Positions 11,811-24,679 of a DNA stretch of 64,000 bases are shown here, piece by piece. The DNA comes from Felis catus (Eukaryota), in contig NC_058368.1 in the NCBI RefSeq assembly GCF_018350175.1, positions 197,596,001-197,660,000 on the forward strand, written 5' to 3'. Numbering within the stretch: position 1 is the stretch's first letter; each line of letters begins with the position of its first letter. The position numbers and the translations under genes are program-made. A model generated the notes under the pieces. It made no database searches. It saw nothing but the letters and a program-made list of their open reading frames with translations, and was not told the origin of the DNA.

Positions 11811-12547
11811 CGATGAGGTTTTGGAATGGTGGGGGTTCGGAGCCCACGGGCAACAAAGAGTTCCTAAAGACATGTTTGGTGCAAAAAAGGTGATTTTATT
11901 AAAGCTCGGGGACAGAACCCATGGGCAGAAAGAGCTGCCCTGGGGTTGTGAGGAGTGACTGGTTATTTACTAAGGAGTTGGGAGGGGGGGTGCGGCGGGG
12001 GTAAAGGCAAACCCCAAACCCGAGGCCTCCAGAAGGACTTTGATGTGCTAAAAAGAATGCCTATGATACCTGAGGCCTCGCTGTTGTCAAGCTAAGGTTG
12101 TTTTTCCTCTAGTAAGGCATTAGCATTAGGACGGTAGGGGTTCCTGCAGAAATGTTCTACTCTGTATTTGCCACAAGTACTGGTCAATGGGGTGCAGGTT
12201 ATAAGGAAATTTAATTTTACCGGCCATTTCCTTCTTGGCCTTTGTTCCATATCACTATGGAGGGGAAGGTGATGTTGGGGCTCCAGGAAACTGTAGGTTT
12301 CTGGAGATCAGGCTGATAGGATTGCCTTTTTCTTGTAATCTACTAAGATATTTGTAAACTGATGGAGACTCGTGTCCTGCAGGACTGTGATCTCCCTCAG
12401 TGAACCATTTGTTTTCTTCCCTTTCCTTTGTTCTTGGGCAGCCAGGAGTGCCTGAGGAATATCACACGTATCCCACCTGGGGGTGGGGTTGGGGGGGGGG
12501 GTGCTAGCTTGTACTTTGCCCTCAGCCTGCCTTATGGTCCCTCATCA
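11811..12547 (-). mobile_element. ERV1-type solo LTR (carnivore family, unnamed)
   Basis: 737 bp; terminal inverted ends CGATGAGG...CCTCATCA; 4-bp TSD TGAT/TAAT; minus-strand AATAAA (plus-strand TTTATT near 11895) close to the element 3' end. Confidence 0.8.
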
Positions 12548-12828
12548 TAATTATTCATTTTACTGTTTTTTTAAAACATTATACATGCTCATTACAGAAC
12601 AATCAGGAACTACACAAACATAAAAAAGCAAAAACTTACTCCAGATCTTACCACTCAGAAGTAACAAGTATTAACATTCAACGAACATTATTTTAGACAT
12701 GGGCATGTATATGCATAAATAGGTTAGATGAAAAATGTCCTCAATAAAGATCCCATTACAGTTAAAAAATTTTATTAAAGCAATTTAAAAAGCATACTCA
12801 TTTTTTAATCCACATATAACATCTTAGA

Positions 12829-13010
12829 GATAACATACATATTTATATAATTTAAATATATATATCATATATATATCATATATCATATAAATATATATCA
12901 TATATGTATGATAACATACATATTTATATAATTTAAATATATATATCATATATCATATAAATATATATCATATATGTATGATAACATACATATTTATATA
13001 ATTTAAATAT
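12829..13010. repeat. AT-rich minisatellite (units of 81 and 70 bp plus a partial unit)
   Basis: GATAACATACATATTTATATAATTTAAATAT begins at 12829, 12910 and 12980. Confidence 0.95.
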
Positions 13011-13036
13011 GTGGACATTGTCTCAGTGTTATGTAA

Positions 13037-13250
13037 CAGGCCAACAACTATTTTCTGTGAAGGGTCAGATAGTAAACGCTTTGGCACTTACGAGCCCAGA
13101 GATCTTGGTCCCAACTATTCCGCTTTAGCATTGCAGCAAAAGCAGCCAGAGATGACAGGTGAATGAACGGAGTGTGGCTGTGTTCCAATAAATCTTTATT
13201 TATAAAAGCTGGGCTGGAGTTGGTCTGAGATTGTATTTTGCTAACGCCCC
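13037..13250 (+). mobile_element. MER58A hAT-Charlie MITE
   Basis: TTCTGTGAAGGGTCAGATAGTAAA; GTGGCTGTGTTCCAATAAATCTTTATTTA. Confidence 0.88.
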
Positions 13251-13436
13251 ACTACAAAAAAATAAGAGAATTACTATACTGATTCTTCCTTCTATACCTC
13301 ACTTCTCCAGATTTTGCTTTTTTTTTTTTTTTTTTTTACTTTGTTAGGGCTTATGGTAGCATATATCCTTTTATTCTGCCTTCATTCCCACATATGATTA
13401 GCCATAGCTGTGAAATTATATAAACCTGGTGTTTAT

Positions 13437-13744
13437 TATCCTAGTCAGTTTGGGCTGTTGTAACAAAAATATCTTAAACCAGGTGGCTTATAAACAACAG
13501 ATATTTATTTCTCACAGTTCTGGAGGCTGGGAAGTCCAAGATCATAGCTTTGGAAAATTCGGTGGCTAGTGAGAACCCACTAGTTAGACAACCATCTTTT
13601 TGATATGTCCTCACATGGCAGAAGGGGCCTCTTATAGGGGACTCATCACCTCCCAAAGGCCCCACCTGCTCATACCATCACATTGGGATTTAGGATTTTA
13701 ACACATGGAATTTGGGAGAGGACACAAACATTCAGATCATAGCA
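13437..13744 (-). mobile_element. MaLR LTR (MLT1A-like)
   Basis: GGTGGCTTATAAACAACAGATATTTATTTCTCACAGTTCTGGAGGCTGGGAAGTCCAAGATC; ends CATTCAGATCATAGCA. Confidence 0.9.
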
Positions 13745-13769
13745 GTATTTCATACTAGTTCTTTTTTTT

Positions 13770-15100
13770 CGTAGTTTTTTTCATTCCTGAGATCTTTATA
13801 TTATTCACCTCACTTTCAACTGGGATTATCTGTCAAATAGTTTAGTTTGTTTTTGTTTTTGTTTTAAAATGAGTTCATGAGAGGCACCTGGGTGGCTCAG
13901 TTAAATGTTGGACTCTAGATTTGGGCTCAGGTCATGATCTCATGGTTTGTGAGTTTGAGACCCGCATCGGGCTCCTCACTGGCGGTGTGGAGCCTGCTTG
14001 GGATTCTTTCTCTCCCTCTCTCTCTGCCCCTCCTCATCTCTCTCTCTCTCTCTAAGGAAGTAAATTTTAAAAAACCTTTTAAATGAGTTCGTGAATATTA
14101 TATATCCTGAACTCTTCATGGCAGAAAATATTCATCTTCTATTTCCATACTGGATAACACCTGACTTGGAATAATATTCTTGAGTCACACTGTTTCTCTT
14201 CCAAGTTTGTGGTCATTGCTCCATGGTCTCTGGGCATTGGAATTGCCATGGGGAAGCCCTGAACCCACCTGACTTCTTCTCATGTGGCTGACTTGCTTTT
14301 GTCTCCTTGAATGTCTGGAGGATTGTTTTCGTTATCCTTAGCATTTAAAAGTTTAACGAAGAAATACCTCAATTTCGATCATTCTGTATCACTTTGTTTT
14401 GGTCTAAGGTAGGTGTGCCCTTTTTATCTGTGAATACAGTTCTTCCTTCCGGGAAATTCTTCCTGGCTTGTATCTTTAAGTTCTTTTTTGTTTTTCTTGA
14501 TATTCTAAGGATACCAATTGTCCCCGAGTTGGACAATTTTTCTTTCAATGTATCTTTTGTCTTCACTTTAATTCCGTCGCCTTTTCACCCTGCACTTTCT
14601 ACCATGACCCCGGCCATCCCTCCAGGCCATTTTCAACCCCATTTTTCTCTCCTTCACCATTGATAATTCATCAGACCTGTGACAATGTGGCTTCCTTGCT
14701 CAGTTATTTTCCTTAGCTCTGCAATCTCTTCTTTCCACTTAGTCAATTGTTTTATCATGTTTCCTTAAGGGCTTGTTTTATTGAATTCATATTTGTAATG
14801 AATTCTTCTCCATAATGAACCATTCAAAGGAAATCAGCATCTCTCCTTCGGGTTTTATTTTCCTCCTGAAGAGTGTTTTGTTTGTTTGCTTTGTCTCTTT
14901 CTTGCCTGATACATGGCTCGCTCTTGTTGGAGTAGATCTGCGTAATTTCTGTACTAATGCCTCTCGTTTGGCTCACCTGTAATGAGGAACAGCTTGTTGA
15001 TAGCTCCTCTGAAATGGTGCCATGACTTCTCCTCCGCCCTTCCCACTTCACCTGGGACTGTTTTGTCTTCCCTCCAGCCTGAGAGCTGAGTGCAGCTTTC
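13770..15100 (-). mobile_element. Ancient HAL1/L1M ORF1-region fossil
   Basis: T-rich; CATTGCTCCATGGTCTCTGGGCATTGG resembles antisense L1M/HAL1 ORF1. Confidence 0.6.
13881..14074 (+). mobile_element. Can-SINE
   Basis: Head GAGGCACCTGGGTGGCTCAG; TSD AAATGAGTTC(A/G)TGA. Confidence 0.94.
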
Positions 15101-15301
15101 TATTCATTTTTCAAACATAGAATATTATTCTGAGTTCCCAGTATTTTGGTGACTAACTCTGCTTTGGGGAGATGCCGGTGGCTTTGTGAGCTAGCTATAC
15201 TCACTCACAGTGGAATCTCTTTCTTTCCATGGCTGCCAAACCTAAAAGATTATGGTTCAGGTAGTATCTCTTTCCTCTCTGGATACTACTGCTGAATTAT
15301 T

Positions 15302-15511
15302 TAAAAAAATTTTTTTGTTGTTGTTGATTTTTGAAAGAGACAGTGTGAGCAGGGGAGGGGCAGAGAGAGAGAGGGAGACACAGAATCCGAAGCGGGCTCC
15401 AGGCTCTGAGCTGTCAGCACAGAGCCCGACGTGGGGCTCGAACTCACAGACCGCGAGATCATGACCTAAGCCAAAGTTGCACGCAAACAGACTGAGCTAC
15501 CCAGGCGCCCC
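15302..15511 (-). mobile_element. Can-SINE
   Basis: Full body; TSD TGCTGAATTATTT. Confidence 0.96.
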
Positions 15512-15788
15512 TGCTGAATTATTTTTTAAAATTACTATTTCATCAAATGTGGGAAGACGCCTCTGTGACCTTGTTTTCACTCCTCTTTCTTTATGTGGAA
15601 CTCAGGTGTTAAAGAGCCAGGTACCTTTTTGGAAAGACTGAGTTATGAAAAGAGACCAGAGGAATATTAAAATCCCTTTTAACGCGACGTTCTATGCCAC
15701 GGCTAATATGACAGCAGCCGTGACCCAACCATGGAAAACTATCACCAAGTTCAAAACCAATTTAATAATAAGAGACATTGCAATTTTC

Positions 15789-15807
15789 TGACCGCTAGAG
15801 GGCAGGC
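15789..15807 (+). promoter_or_regulatory. Candidate CTCF core site
   Basis: TGACCGCTAGAGGGCAGGC closely matches the CC(A/G)CTAG(A/G)GGGC(A/G) core. Confidence 0.6.
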
Positions 15808-17901
15808 CTGGCCACACCTTGAGGAAGATCCATCCTCCAGTGTAGTTGTGTCAAACGAGTTACACCGGAGTTCATTTAAACTGTTGCAAAGAGTGTGAAA
15901 AGGAAAAATTGGGATGCGCACGGAGCTTGCATCACCTGGCCGGCAGGACATGCTCATCTGTAAGGTGGAATCCATGGTTCTTTCTCCTGCCGTCCGTATC
16001 CACCCTAGTCAGGAGCTCACTTCTGTCAGAACCCCCAGTCGTCTATGTTTGCGAATGATTAAACCACAGCCCGATGTTCAGTTGACTGCGCGGTCTTCCA
16101 GTTAGCGTACAGAAAGGTGAAATGGCTTGTCCAGAGCGACGGCCACCTGGCTTCTAAACGGTGAAGACCTGACGTGGGGGCCCTGGTCTCCAGGCCTGCA
16201 GGCCTCCTGGGCCTCCTGCAGGCCTCTCCCACAGGGCAAGCACTTGCTGCTGCTACTTTGTTTTCAACACCCCGACCACGGGTGAACCAAGACCAGAAGG
16301 TAATCGAGCACAGTCCTCCTCGGCACTAGCGATCGGTAGCCCTGTGGCATTCTGAAGCATTTGGGACTGAGTCTTCTGTGGCCCAGGGACAAGTCTCTCT
16401 ACAACAAAGATGTTAGACACGTGCCTTTGCTGACAGCAGTGTTCCATTTGTTTCTTCGAACGAGTCTTGCTGCTGAGGGTACCATCTGCCGGCCTGAACT
16501 TCCAGCCTGTTGCTCACCAACTTCCTCCTTACGTCGCTCACGGTAAGTCACCGGAGAATTCGAGCCCTGTTGTTCCTCCTTGAGCTGTGCCCTTGGCCTC
16601 AGCACTTTGATGAAGCGTTTTAACCCTACATGCGAGACCCCCTCGTTGTACTCAGGGAAGCCCTGTCCGTGAAATAATCCAAACCCTGTCAAAGGCTTCA
16701 GATTGGGATATAAAGTGCTCTGTCAGTAACGCAACCTGGGAGCATCTTTCAAAGGACTGCGTCCTCACAGAGACATTTGATTTTAGTTTTCATGTAGGTT
16801 TCATTTAGACTATCCCAGCTAATCACCATTCCTCCCTGGGGAATAGGTTGGCTTGAATATCGCTGTTGGGATGCCACAGACCAGATCCCCACCGACAGGC
16901 AGGGGGCAGGCCTCATGGTTCCTTCAGCAGGAGATGTAAACATGGGTGGTAGCCAGTGTGGTTCAGTCCACTGTGGACTGAAGTCTTCAGCGCCCTCCAC
17001 ACATCCCTGATGACTAGAAAAACACATGTGGAGAATTATGCTTTTTACCACTGGCGTTGCCTGGTTTATAGCTTGGCATGGCGGGAGGGGTGCATTCTCA
17101 TTGTGATACAACCTGGTGGAGAAATGAATCGAGCCTTGGATTAGGGAAAGAGGTAGCTCTGTTTCCTCCTTTCTCGGGGGCTGAAGGGGGTAAGAGCTTG
17201 GACTCAAGGTGTACAGAGAAAAATCGAACAAGGCTCTATCGGGGGACTGAGCCAGCCCTTGAACTATAGCGTGTAGGAGGGAAGGGAAAACAATCCTACA
17301 TCTATGGATCCTAGGAATTGTGCTATCTGATATCTAGTTTAAAATGTTCTTTCTTCCCTTGCATCCCATTCAAGATGTCAGTAGTGTTTTATCAGACATC
17401 AGAGCTGGCACGCCCTGGACTGCAGAGAATCAAGACAGGACCTGTGTCCTCTTGGCATGGGCTACCCTGAGACATGGGCCACATCCCTGGGGTTGTTTCT
17501 TCTGAGAAACTCGCATAGCGAGAGCTTGCAAAACAGTTGTGTGATGGCGAGAGGTGACCAGCAGAGGACCCAAGCAGTGGTCCAGAGTGAGAGCTAGTAA
17601 ATGAGGACCAAGGTAGATTTGTTACAACGCAGAAATATTCCCTGAAGATTCGCAGGAGTGATAAGGTGGAGGAGTCTCCCAATAAAAGATATTTGATAAT
17701 ACATAAGTAAAATATAGTATAGGAGCTCGGGCAAAATTAGTTGGGTATTAAGCGGAAGGGGCTCCCTTGAACACTAAAGAGCCTTGAGAAATTAAAGGTC
17801 CGTATTGTTCACTTCCTTCTGTTTGGTTGCCCATGGTTTTACATCTCCTAAAATAAACTCAACTGAAGAAGGTTGAGATCACCTTTGTTAGGACGTTCAA
17901 A

Positions 17902-18125
17902 GAGGCGCCCCGGGGTGGCTCAGTGGGTTGTCTGACTCTTGATTTTGGCTCAGGTCATGATCTCGCAGTTGTGGGACTGAGCCTCCCATCTGGCTCTGTG
18001 CTGGCAGCGTGGAGCCTGCTTGGGATTCTCTCTCTCCCTCTCTCTCTCTGCCCCTCCTCTGCTCATGCTCTCTTGTGCGTGTGCTCTCTGTCGCTCAAAA
18101 TAAGTAAATAAACTTAAAAAAAAAA
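17902..18125 (+). mobile_element. Can-SINE
   Basis: SINE body, AATAAA, A-tail; degenerate TSD. Confidence 0.94.
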
Positions 18126-19389
18126 GATGCTCAAAGAAGAAAATGTATTTTATGTGATGATCAATTTCTGGTTAGAGCGTACTTGCAGGCAAAACAGAGG
18201 GGAGTTCGGTGCTAAGTGAACGTGCAGTTTAGTCCTAGAGGGAAATGCAAAATGTTAACATCGCGAAAAACGGTATCATTAAAACTAGAAGCATATTTAC
18301 AGGGAGTGGAACCATGTAAGTAGGAAAGAAGCAGCCTATTTAGTTTATGGCTTCTAAAAGGTGATGGGAAAATCTTGTCTTAAATAGCTGTACGCTTAGT
18401 GTTACAAACACAGCTTTAGAGATCTAGGGAATAAAATACAAACTTGCATGTGGATGTGGCTGGGTGTAACAACGTGTTTTTTGTTTGTTTTGTTTTGTTT
18501 TTGTTTTTTTATGTAACAGCATAAAAACACCCCAAAGAAGGAAGATGGGAAAGATTGCTGAATAAATAAATGCTGTTGTTGGGAATAATTGGAGAACCAT
18601 TGGGGGAAAAAATTTACCTTAGGATCGTATCTCGTACCATGATACACTGCAAAATTACTTTAAAATCACCCAGGATCTATTTCTCCCTCCTGCGATAACC
18701 AGTTTTAACTTTGTTTTAGGGAATAGCCTCTCCTCTTGTATGTGTGTGGTGGCGGGGGGGGCGGGGACTATAAATCAAGGTTCTTTGCCCTTTTCTGGTC
18801 AAGAGGTAGCTGTCACCTGAGTCAGGACAATTGGAGTCTATCTAAAGGGACCATGAATGGAGGAACAGGAAAAAGGCATCTTCATGGGACAATTACTCTG
18901 TGCCAGGCACAGACCCCTGCCCTCGTGGAGCTTACATTCGGGTGGGTGAGGAAGGAGTGAAGAGAAAGATAGTGAGTGCTTCTTCGTTTCACTGCTCTGT
19001 TCCTTTTATGCGTGACAAGTGGTTTCTCCTACTAAGATCCCCGGAGCTGCCTGCGTATTCCCTCTCCAAGCCAAGCTCATCAGGTTTCACTTTTATTCTG
19101 TAAACTCTTTTCGATCTTCCTAACACATTCCCTCTGGGCTTAGATTATTCCTAATCTAATTTAGTATGCAGCAATGCGTACTAAATCCCATATGGCTTAA
19201 AGAAATGATTTTTAAGCCTCAGGGGCAGAAGAATCACGTAGAGGGTGGCTAAAAGCACATATTTTCATGACCCTTCTAGAGCAATTTTGATTAATAAGGT
19301 CTGTTCTGGGAATCGCAAACAATCAAATAAATGAAACAGGTACTCTGGCGCAGGGGATTCTGAAACCACTCAAGAACCATCATATTTAA

Positions 19390-19608
19390 GGGGCGCCTGG
19401 GTGGCTCAGTCGGTTAAGCGCCAGACTTTGGCTCAGGTCATGATCTCACGGTTTGTGGGTTCGAGCCCCACGTCAGGCTCTGTGCTGACAGCTCAGAGCC
19501 TGAAGCCTGCTTCAGATTCTGTGTCTCCCTCTCTCTCTGCCCCTCCCCTGCTTGTGCTCTATCTCTCTCTCTCAAAAAATAAACATTAAAAAAAATTAAA
19601 AAAAAAAA
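19390..19608 (+). mobile_element. Can-SINE
   Basis: 18-bp TSD AAGAACCATCATATTTAA. Confidence 0.97.
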
Positions 19609-20218
19609 AAGAACCATCATATTTAAGAGTCAACTAATATTTTCAAACGTAGGAAGACAAGTGGAAAATAAGAAATTTACGAGATCCGTAGTGAGGTGGC
19701 AACTTTCCTTCTATGGCTTTGAAGTAAAAGAAGCAACTGCAGAGGAGAAAATAGAATCATGTACATAAACATCGAGATATCCGTAAATTAAAAATCTAAA
19801 GGATAAGAGGCAAGATAGAGAATGTTTCTACCAAATGTGACAGACAACAGTCTAATAGGCATAACAATCTATGATACGCTTTCAACTTTCACACGACTGG
19901 ATAAAAGGGATATTTTTACATGAAGGAGAACGCGAACAGCCAAGAAATACATAAGAGAATGTTGTCTTCTAAAATAAGCAAGAAAACGAAAACTAAAGCA
20001 ACATGAAGGTATTGTCTTATGTCTGCTAAACTAACGGCAGCGGAAGATCCAAAGACTTGCCAGTGGTGCCCTGGTGAGAGGAGGCGCCATTGTAACTCTC
20101 ATGCCCTGCTGAGGAAACTTCTGAAAAGCTATACTCCCCCCAAATAACCAAGGTGGTCTTCTCTATTCTTGAGGCCTATGAAATCTAGAACACAAGAGTT
20201 CTACATCAAGAATTTTTT

Positions 20219-20443
20219 TTTTTTTAATTTTTTTTTTCAACGTTTTTTATTTATTTTTGGGACAGAGAGAGACAGAGCATGAACGGGGGAGGGGCAGAGA
20301 GAGAGGGAGACGCAGAATCGGAAACAGGCTCCGGGCTCCGAGCCATCAGCCCAGAGCCCGACGCGGGGCTCGAACTCACGGACCGCGAGATCGTGACCTG
20401 GCTGAAGTCGGACGCTTAACCGACTGCGCCACCCAGGCGCCCC
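20219..20443 (-). mobile_element. Young feline SINE (SINEC_Fc-type)
   Basis: CpG-intact diagnostic GCCATCAGCCCAGAGCCCGACGCGGGGCTCGAACTCACGGACCGCGAG; TSD TACATCAAGAATTTTTT. Confidence 0.97.
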
Positions 20444-20577
20444 TACATCAAGAATTTTTTAGTATTCGGGAATAAGTCGTAGCTCATCCCCAATTCCAGG
20501 AAGCCCCTTTAGTCCCTCAGACCTATGGCCTGTTGTGTTTAGACATAAGGGCCCAAGGTCCATCACTTCCCTATGCT

Positions 20578-20726
20578 AAGGCTGTGAGATAGAGCAAACG
20601 ACGACAACAACAACAACAACAAGACATGCTTTTAAATATTGTACGGGATACAATTGTATTAAAAACTTCTTGTCTGTCTGAAGTCCAAACTTAACTGGGA
20701 ATCTTGCATTTTATCTGACAACCTTA
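20578..20726. mobile_element. MER53-like palindromic MITE, left arm decayed to (CAA)n
   Basis: TCTGAAGTCCAAACTTAACTGGGAATCTTGCATTTTATCTGACAACCTT matches a MER53 arm. Confidence 0.7.
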
Positions 20727-21394
20727 CCCTAAGCACAGATACCCCAATCTTTCCCTCTTGGGGAGCTTACAAAAGGACACTCATTGAATGGTCCATGACA
20801 ATATCCAGCTCCAGGGATTAGGGGTACCTTTGATCCTTGATCTCTTAGAACTATAGGACAAAGGTGCAACAGTTTTTTTAAACCTTTAAATCTGCTAACT
20901 CAACCAGACACTTTGAATTCAGAATCTGGAGTCTCTTTCAGCTCAGTCTCTTGGCCCTCAACCCTCAGGCTGGGTCCTTTAGCCAACAAACCCTAGAAGT
21001 AGGTGGGTTCTTGACTCACCAGCCGAAAATCAGCTCAAAAATCAACTTCTCTAAGCTTTGGTTTCCTTGTGTGTGGGTAATCCTACCACCCCTGGGGGGG
21101 GAAAGAAGAATATATTTTGTCATTTATTTTTTTTGTCTGCGAAGACTATAAAGCCAGGCAGATAAACAGGGATAAACCAAAGCGGTTACCTATAAGGGAC
21201 GAGATGGGAATGAGGTCAACGGGGCCCATTTTGTATTATTTTATTCAAGAACCATGGGAGCGAATTACATATGCAAATAACAGTCCTTGCAGTTCCGTTG
21301 TAAGGATGAGATCATGCAGGTACAGTACCTGGCATACTCAGGGGGACTTACAAAATGGTGCTGGTTTATTTCCACTAGAGTAGCCCCCGCCCCC

Positions 21395-21619
21395 TTTTTT
21401 TTAAAGCTTTTATTTGTTTGTTTGTTTGTTTGTTTTGAGATGGAGAGAAAGACACAGTCTGAGTGGAGGAAAGGCAGAGAAAGGGAGAGAGAGAGAATTT
21501 CAAGCAGTCTCAACACTGTCGGCGCAGAACTCGATGCCGGGCTCGAACCGACAAACCATGAGAACATGACCCGAACTAAAGAGTCTGACGCTTAATGGAC
21601 TGAGCCATCTGGGCGCCCC
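21395..21619 (-). mobile_element. Can-SINE
   Basis: (TTTG)n tail, SINE body, ends GGGCGCCCC. Confidence 0.93.
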
Positions 21620-22896
21620 TCCGCTGCAGCATCTTGAACCTTTTGAAGGGGACCTGTCCTTGTCTAGCACCTGATGTCCTGTACACTAAGAAAAAGCAAA
21701 AGTCATCAGCTGTATTCTCAGGGAGCTGTTCTAATATTTCCCCACCTTGAAGCCTATGGTGACACTTGCTTCCCTGCCTTCTGCATTCTTTCCTTCCTGC
21801 TTCCCTCCAGCCACATCCAATTTTGTGTCCTCAGAAGTGGACGGCAGGCCAATTTTGGGCTTCATGATTTCATTCTGGCTCACTACTGCCCACTCCATTT
21901 TCCTTCCCCTTGTTAAATGCTACCTCTTCTTGTGCAGTGGACCGGTAACTCACCATGTCTTAGATCAAGCAACTCTAAGAATAGTGGGTGTCAAGAACAG
22001 TGCTAAGGAAAGGAGTTGGCTCTGAGGGGATTTGCCCATGTGGGAAAGCAGTGAGGTGAGGAGATTTAGGAGACATCTGGTTAATGCCAGTAATTTAGAG
22101 ATTCATGTGCCGTGACTGGCTTCCAGAAACCTCCTGGGCTGACTTCATCGAGTTTCTGGGAATGTCTCTCTGGTTCAGGATTGATTTGTGATGAGATTCA
22201 CTTTCCAGCAATGAAGAGAGAGAAGAAAGGAAGAACGATAGAAAAATTTGTCTTCCAGATTCATGAGAGACGGCTAAGAAAGGAAAGAGATGACCAGAGC
22301 CAAGGACCGAGGAGCTCTAGGGCAGTGGGTGAGGAAACCGCCTCACCTCAGCATTCAAGATGGGGACGCCATCTTCGCGGGCCTTCACTGTGCCCTTGCT
22401 ATTTGCCTACTGGGTGGCCAAAGACGAGGCCTTTCTGGACTTGTAAAATGAAGACCCCAGAAGGTCCTGCATGTTTGTGGCCTGCTGTCCACTTCTGAGG
22501 AACCAGCTCCTTCCCTGGCCTAGGATACTCCTCCTTGTTGACCATTTTTGCCTTATGCTTCTTGTCTTCCTTGTCCCAGTTCAAATTGTGTATGGTATTC
22601 TCAACTATGATGTTCTATTACCCCTAACTGATCTCCAGTAGTGTATTAAATTTTCAAAACTAAGTCTCTGTGTTGTAGAACAGTAGCATTTGTCAAAGAT
22701 ATACTCGGAATGGCCTTGGGTCAGCGCTTCCTTTGAAGCTTAATGATCTAGAGGTAGCTGGAGACGTAGATTTACTTTTTTTATTCACTCTATCTTTTTC
22801 TTAAAAACATCTTGATAAGTTTGTGCTAGCACCTCGCACAATCTTAGAGCTTCTCTCTGCCATATTTTTAAACTTTTCTTGAAAAAAAGAGTGCAG

Positions 22897-22970
22897 GTTG
22901 AATCACTGTGTTGTACAGCTGACACCAATACAACATTGTATGCCAACCATACTCCATTTTTTTAAAAAGA
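22897..22970 (+). mobile_element. Short carnivore L1 3' stub
   Basis: GTTGAATCACTGTGTTGTACAGCTGACACCAATACAACATTGTATGCCAAC; same family as the stub at 36600. Confidence 0.75.
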
Positions 22971-23640
22971 AATTGTATAAATAAGCTTCTGAGCCTTTTG
23001 AAAATAATGTTCAAGGACATATACTTCAATAAATGTATTAACTCTATCCTTGGTCCGTGTATGAATGTGTTTTTGGATCACTCAAGACTGTCACTGTTGG
23101 GTATGGAAATACCGATTAAAATTAAAACCAGGTTATTCAGACTGGACCTATTTATTAATGTCTACTTAGGACTACGTTTGACAATTATTAGCATAAAAAA
23201 TGATAAAGGGTGTTGTGCAACTCCATGAGAGATTCAGACGAATGTTGCTCGCCTCTGCTCTCCGCGAGGGGAGGGGAGAGGCTAGGAATAAGACAAGTTA
23301 CGCTAATTTGTGCAATTTGCATTACTTGCTATTGGAAGATACTTTTCAACAGGCCATGGAGGTACAGAAAGAAACAAAATAAAGTCTTTCCAGAGTTTGC
23401 ATTCTTTCTTAACACGGTCTTCCTTAATAGGATTCTGGAACTGAGGAATCTGGGGGAAGAGAATCAGTGGTTGAGAAGATTTGGACACAGGGCAGAGAAG
23501 GGTGAGTGTGAATCAAGGCACAGTGAGGCAGATAATGCAAGAGGTGTCCGAAAGGGTGGCTGTACCAAAGGAGGTTTATCCTCTGTAGGTGGCAGTATGG
23601 TCAGACTACGGAGGAGGCACACTTCTGATTTTCCTTTCTA

Positions 23641-23857
23641 AATTTTTTTTTTCAACGTTTTTATTTATTTTTGGGACAGAGGGAGACAGAGCATGAACGG
23701 GCGAGGGGCAGAGAGAGAGGGAGACACAGAATCGGAAACAGGCTCCAGGCTCTGAGCCATCAGCCCAGAGCCCGACGCAGGGCTCGAACTCACGGACCGC
23801 GAGATCGTGACCTGGCTGAAGTCGGACGCTTAACCGACTGCGCCACCCAGGCGCCCC
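23641..23857 (-). mobile_element. Young feline SINE (SINEC_Fc-type)
   Basis: 15-bp TSD TGATTTTCCTTTCTA; near-identical to the copies at 20219, 32722 and 62071. Confidence 0.97.
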
Positions 23858-23997
23858 TGATTTTCCTTTCTATAGTGCTAAATCAAATATTTTAAGTTGC
23901 TGAGCATAGGCTCATAAGTTTTAAGAAACCTACTCATAAGTTTTAAGAAACTAAAGCTTAACATTTTGGGAAACACTGGCCAAAATATCGGATTGCA

Positions 23998-24092
23998 CTA
24001 GGAATTTGAGAGGTAGAGAAGGAAGTAGAAGTATTAATAAAGAGTAAGAAGCCAGTTGGCCATCTTCCATTCAATGGGATTAACTCACCCTG
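23998..24092 (+). repeat. Left arm of 95-bp inverted repeat (partner 28064-28158)
   Basis: 92/95 identical to the reverse complement of 28064-28158. Confidence 0.97.
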
Positions 24093-24679
24093 GGTTGAAA
24101 TGACCTCGACAAACACAGTGGCTTTGATTAAACTCCCCCCTGAAACTGGCGGTATAGAGTACATTTTTTACCTATCCTTGTTTGATGGAAATTCTAACAG
24201 GAAAAGTAACATGCCATTGACATGGGGCATTGCTTCTTGATGAAAGAAAAAAAAAATCAAACAGGAGGTAGCTGGGTCAGTATAGGATTAAATGAGAAGA
24301 AGCTGGTATTTTTAAGCACCAAGCTTAAAAATTTGGACGAATTGTCTTCCCTCTGGGTAAAATTCTGCCTCACTCTCTGCTGAGGGTGGTTAAAATTACA
24401 ACCCTTTCCAATGGGCAGTACTAGAGACACGCTGACCATCCTTAATCACAGTCTCTCATTTTTGTAGACCTTTTCTTGAATTATCATGGAACTACCTATC
24501 ATGGGTTATGTTGCTTGAGTTATATTTTAGTCTCCTCCATCATGTATGAGAGAGAGACACCTAGTCTAATCAGCAATATGTTCTTAGAGCTTATTCTGCA
24601 GATGGTAATCTCATCTGTTTCCATTGGCTTCTCTTTTCTTTAGTTTTGGAAGGCAATTCATTAAAAAAGAAAATTTCAT

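Noticed and set aside
16400..16548. Consensus donor ACG|GTAAGT at 16542
   Set aside because: An isolated motif with no supportable coding frame or acceptor.
19390..19470. tRNA-like A/B boxes at SINE heads
   Set aside because: They belong to tRNA-derived SINEs, not tRNA genes.
23911..23951. Short tandem duplication CTCATAAGTTTTAAGAAAC x2 (also TAACTCACAAGG x2 near 35441)
   Set aside because: Ordinary slippage micro-duplications; not CRISPR-like, as there is no spacer array and the context is eukaryotic.
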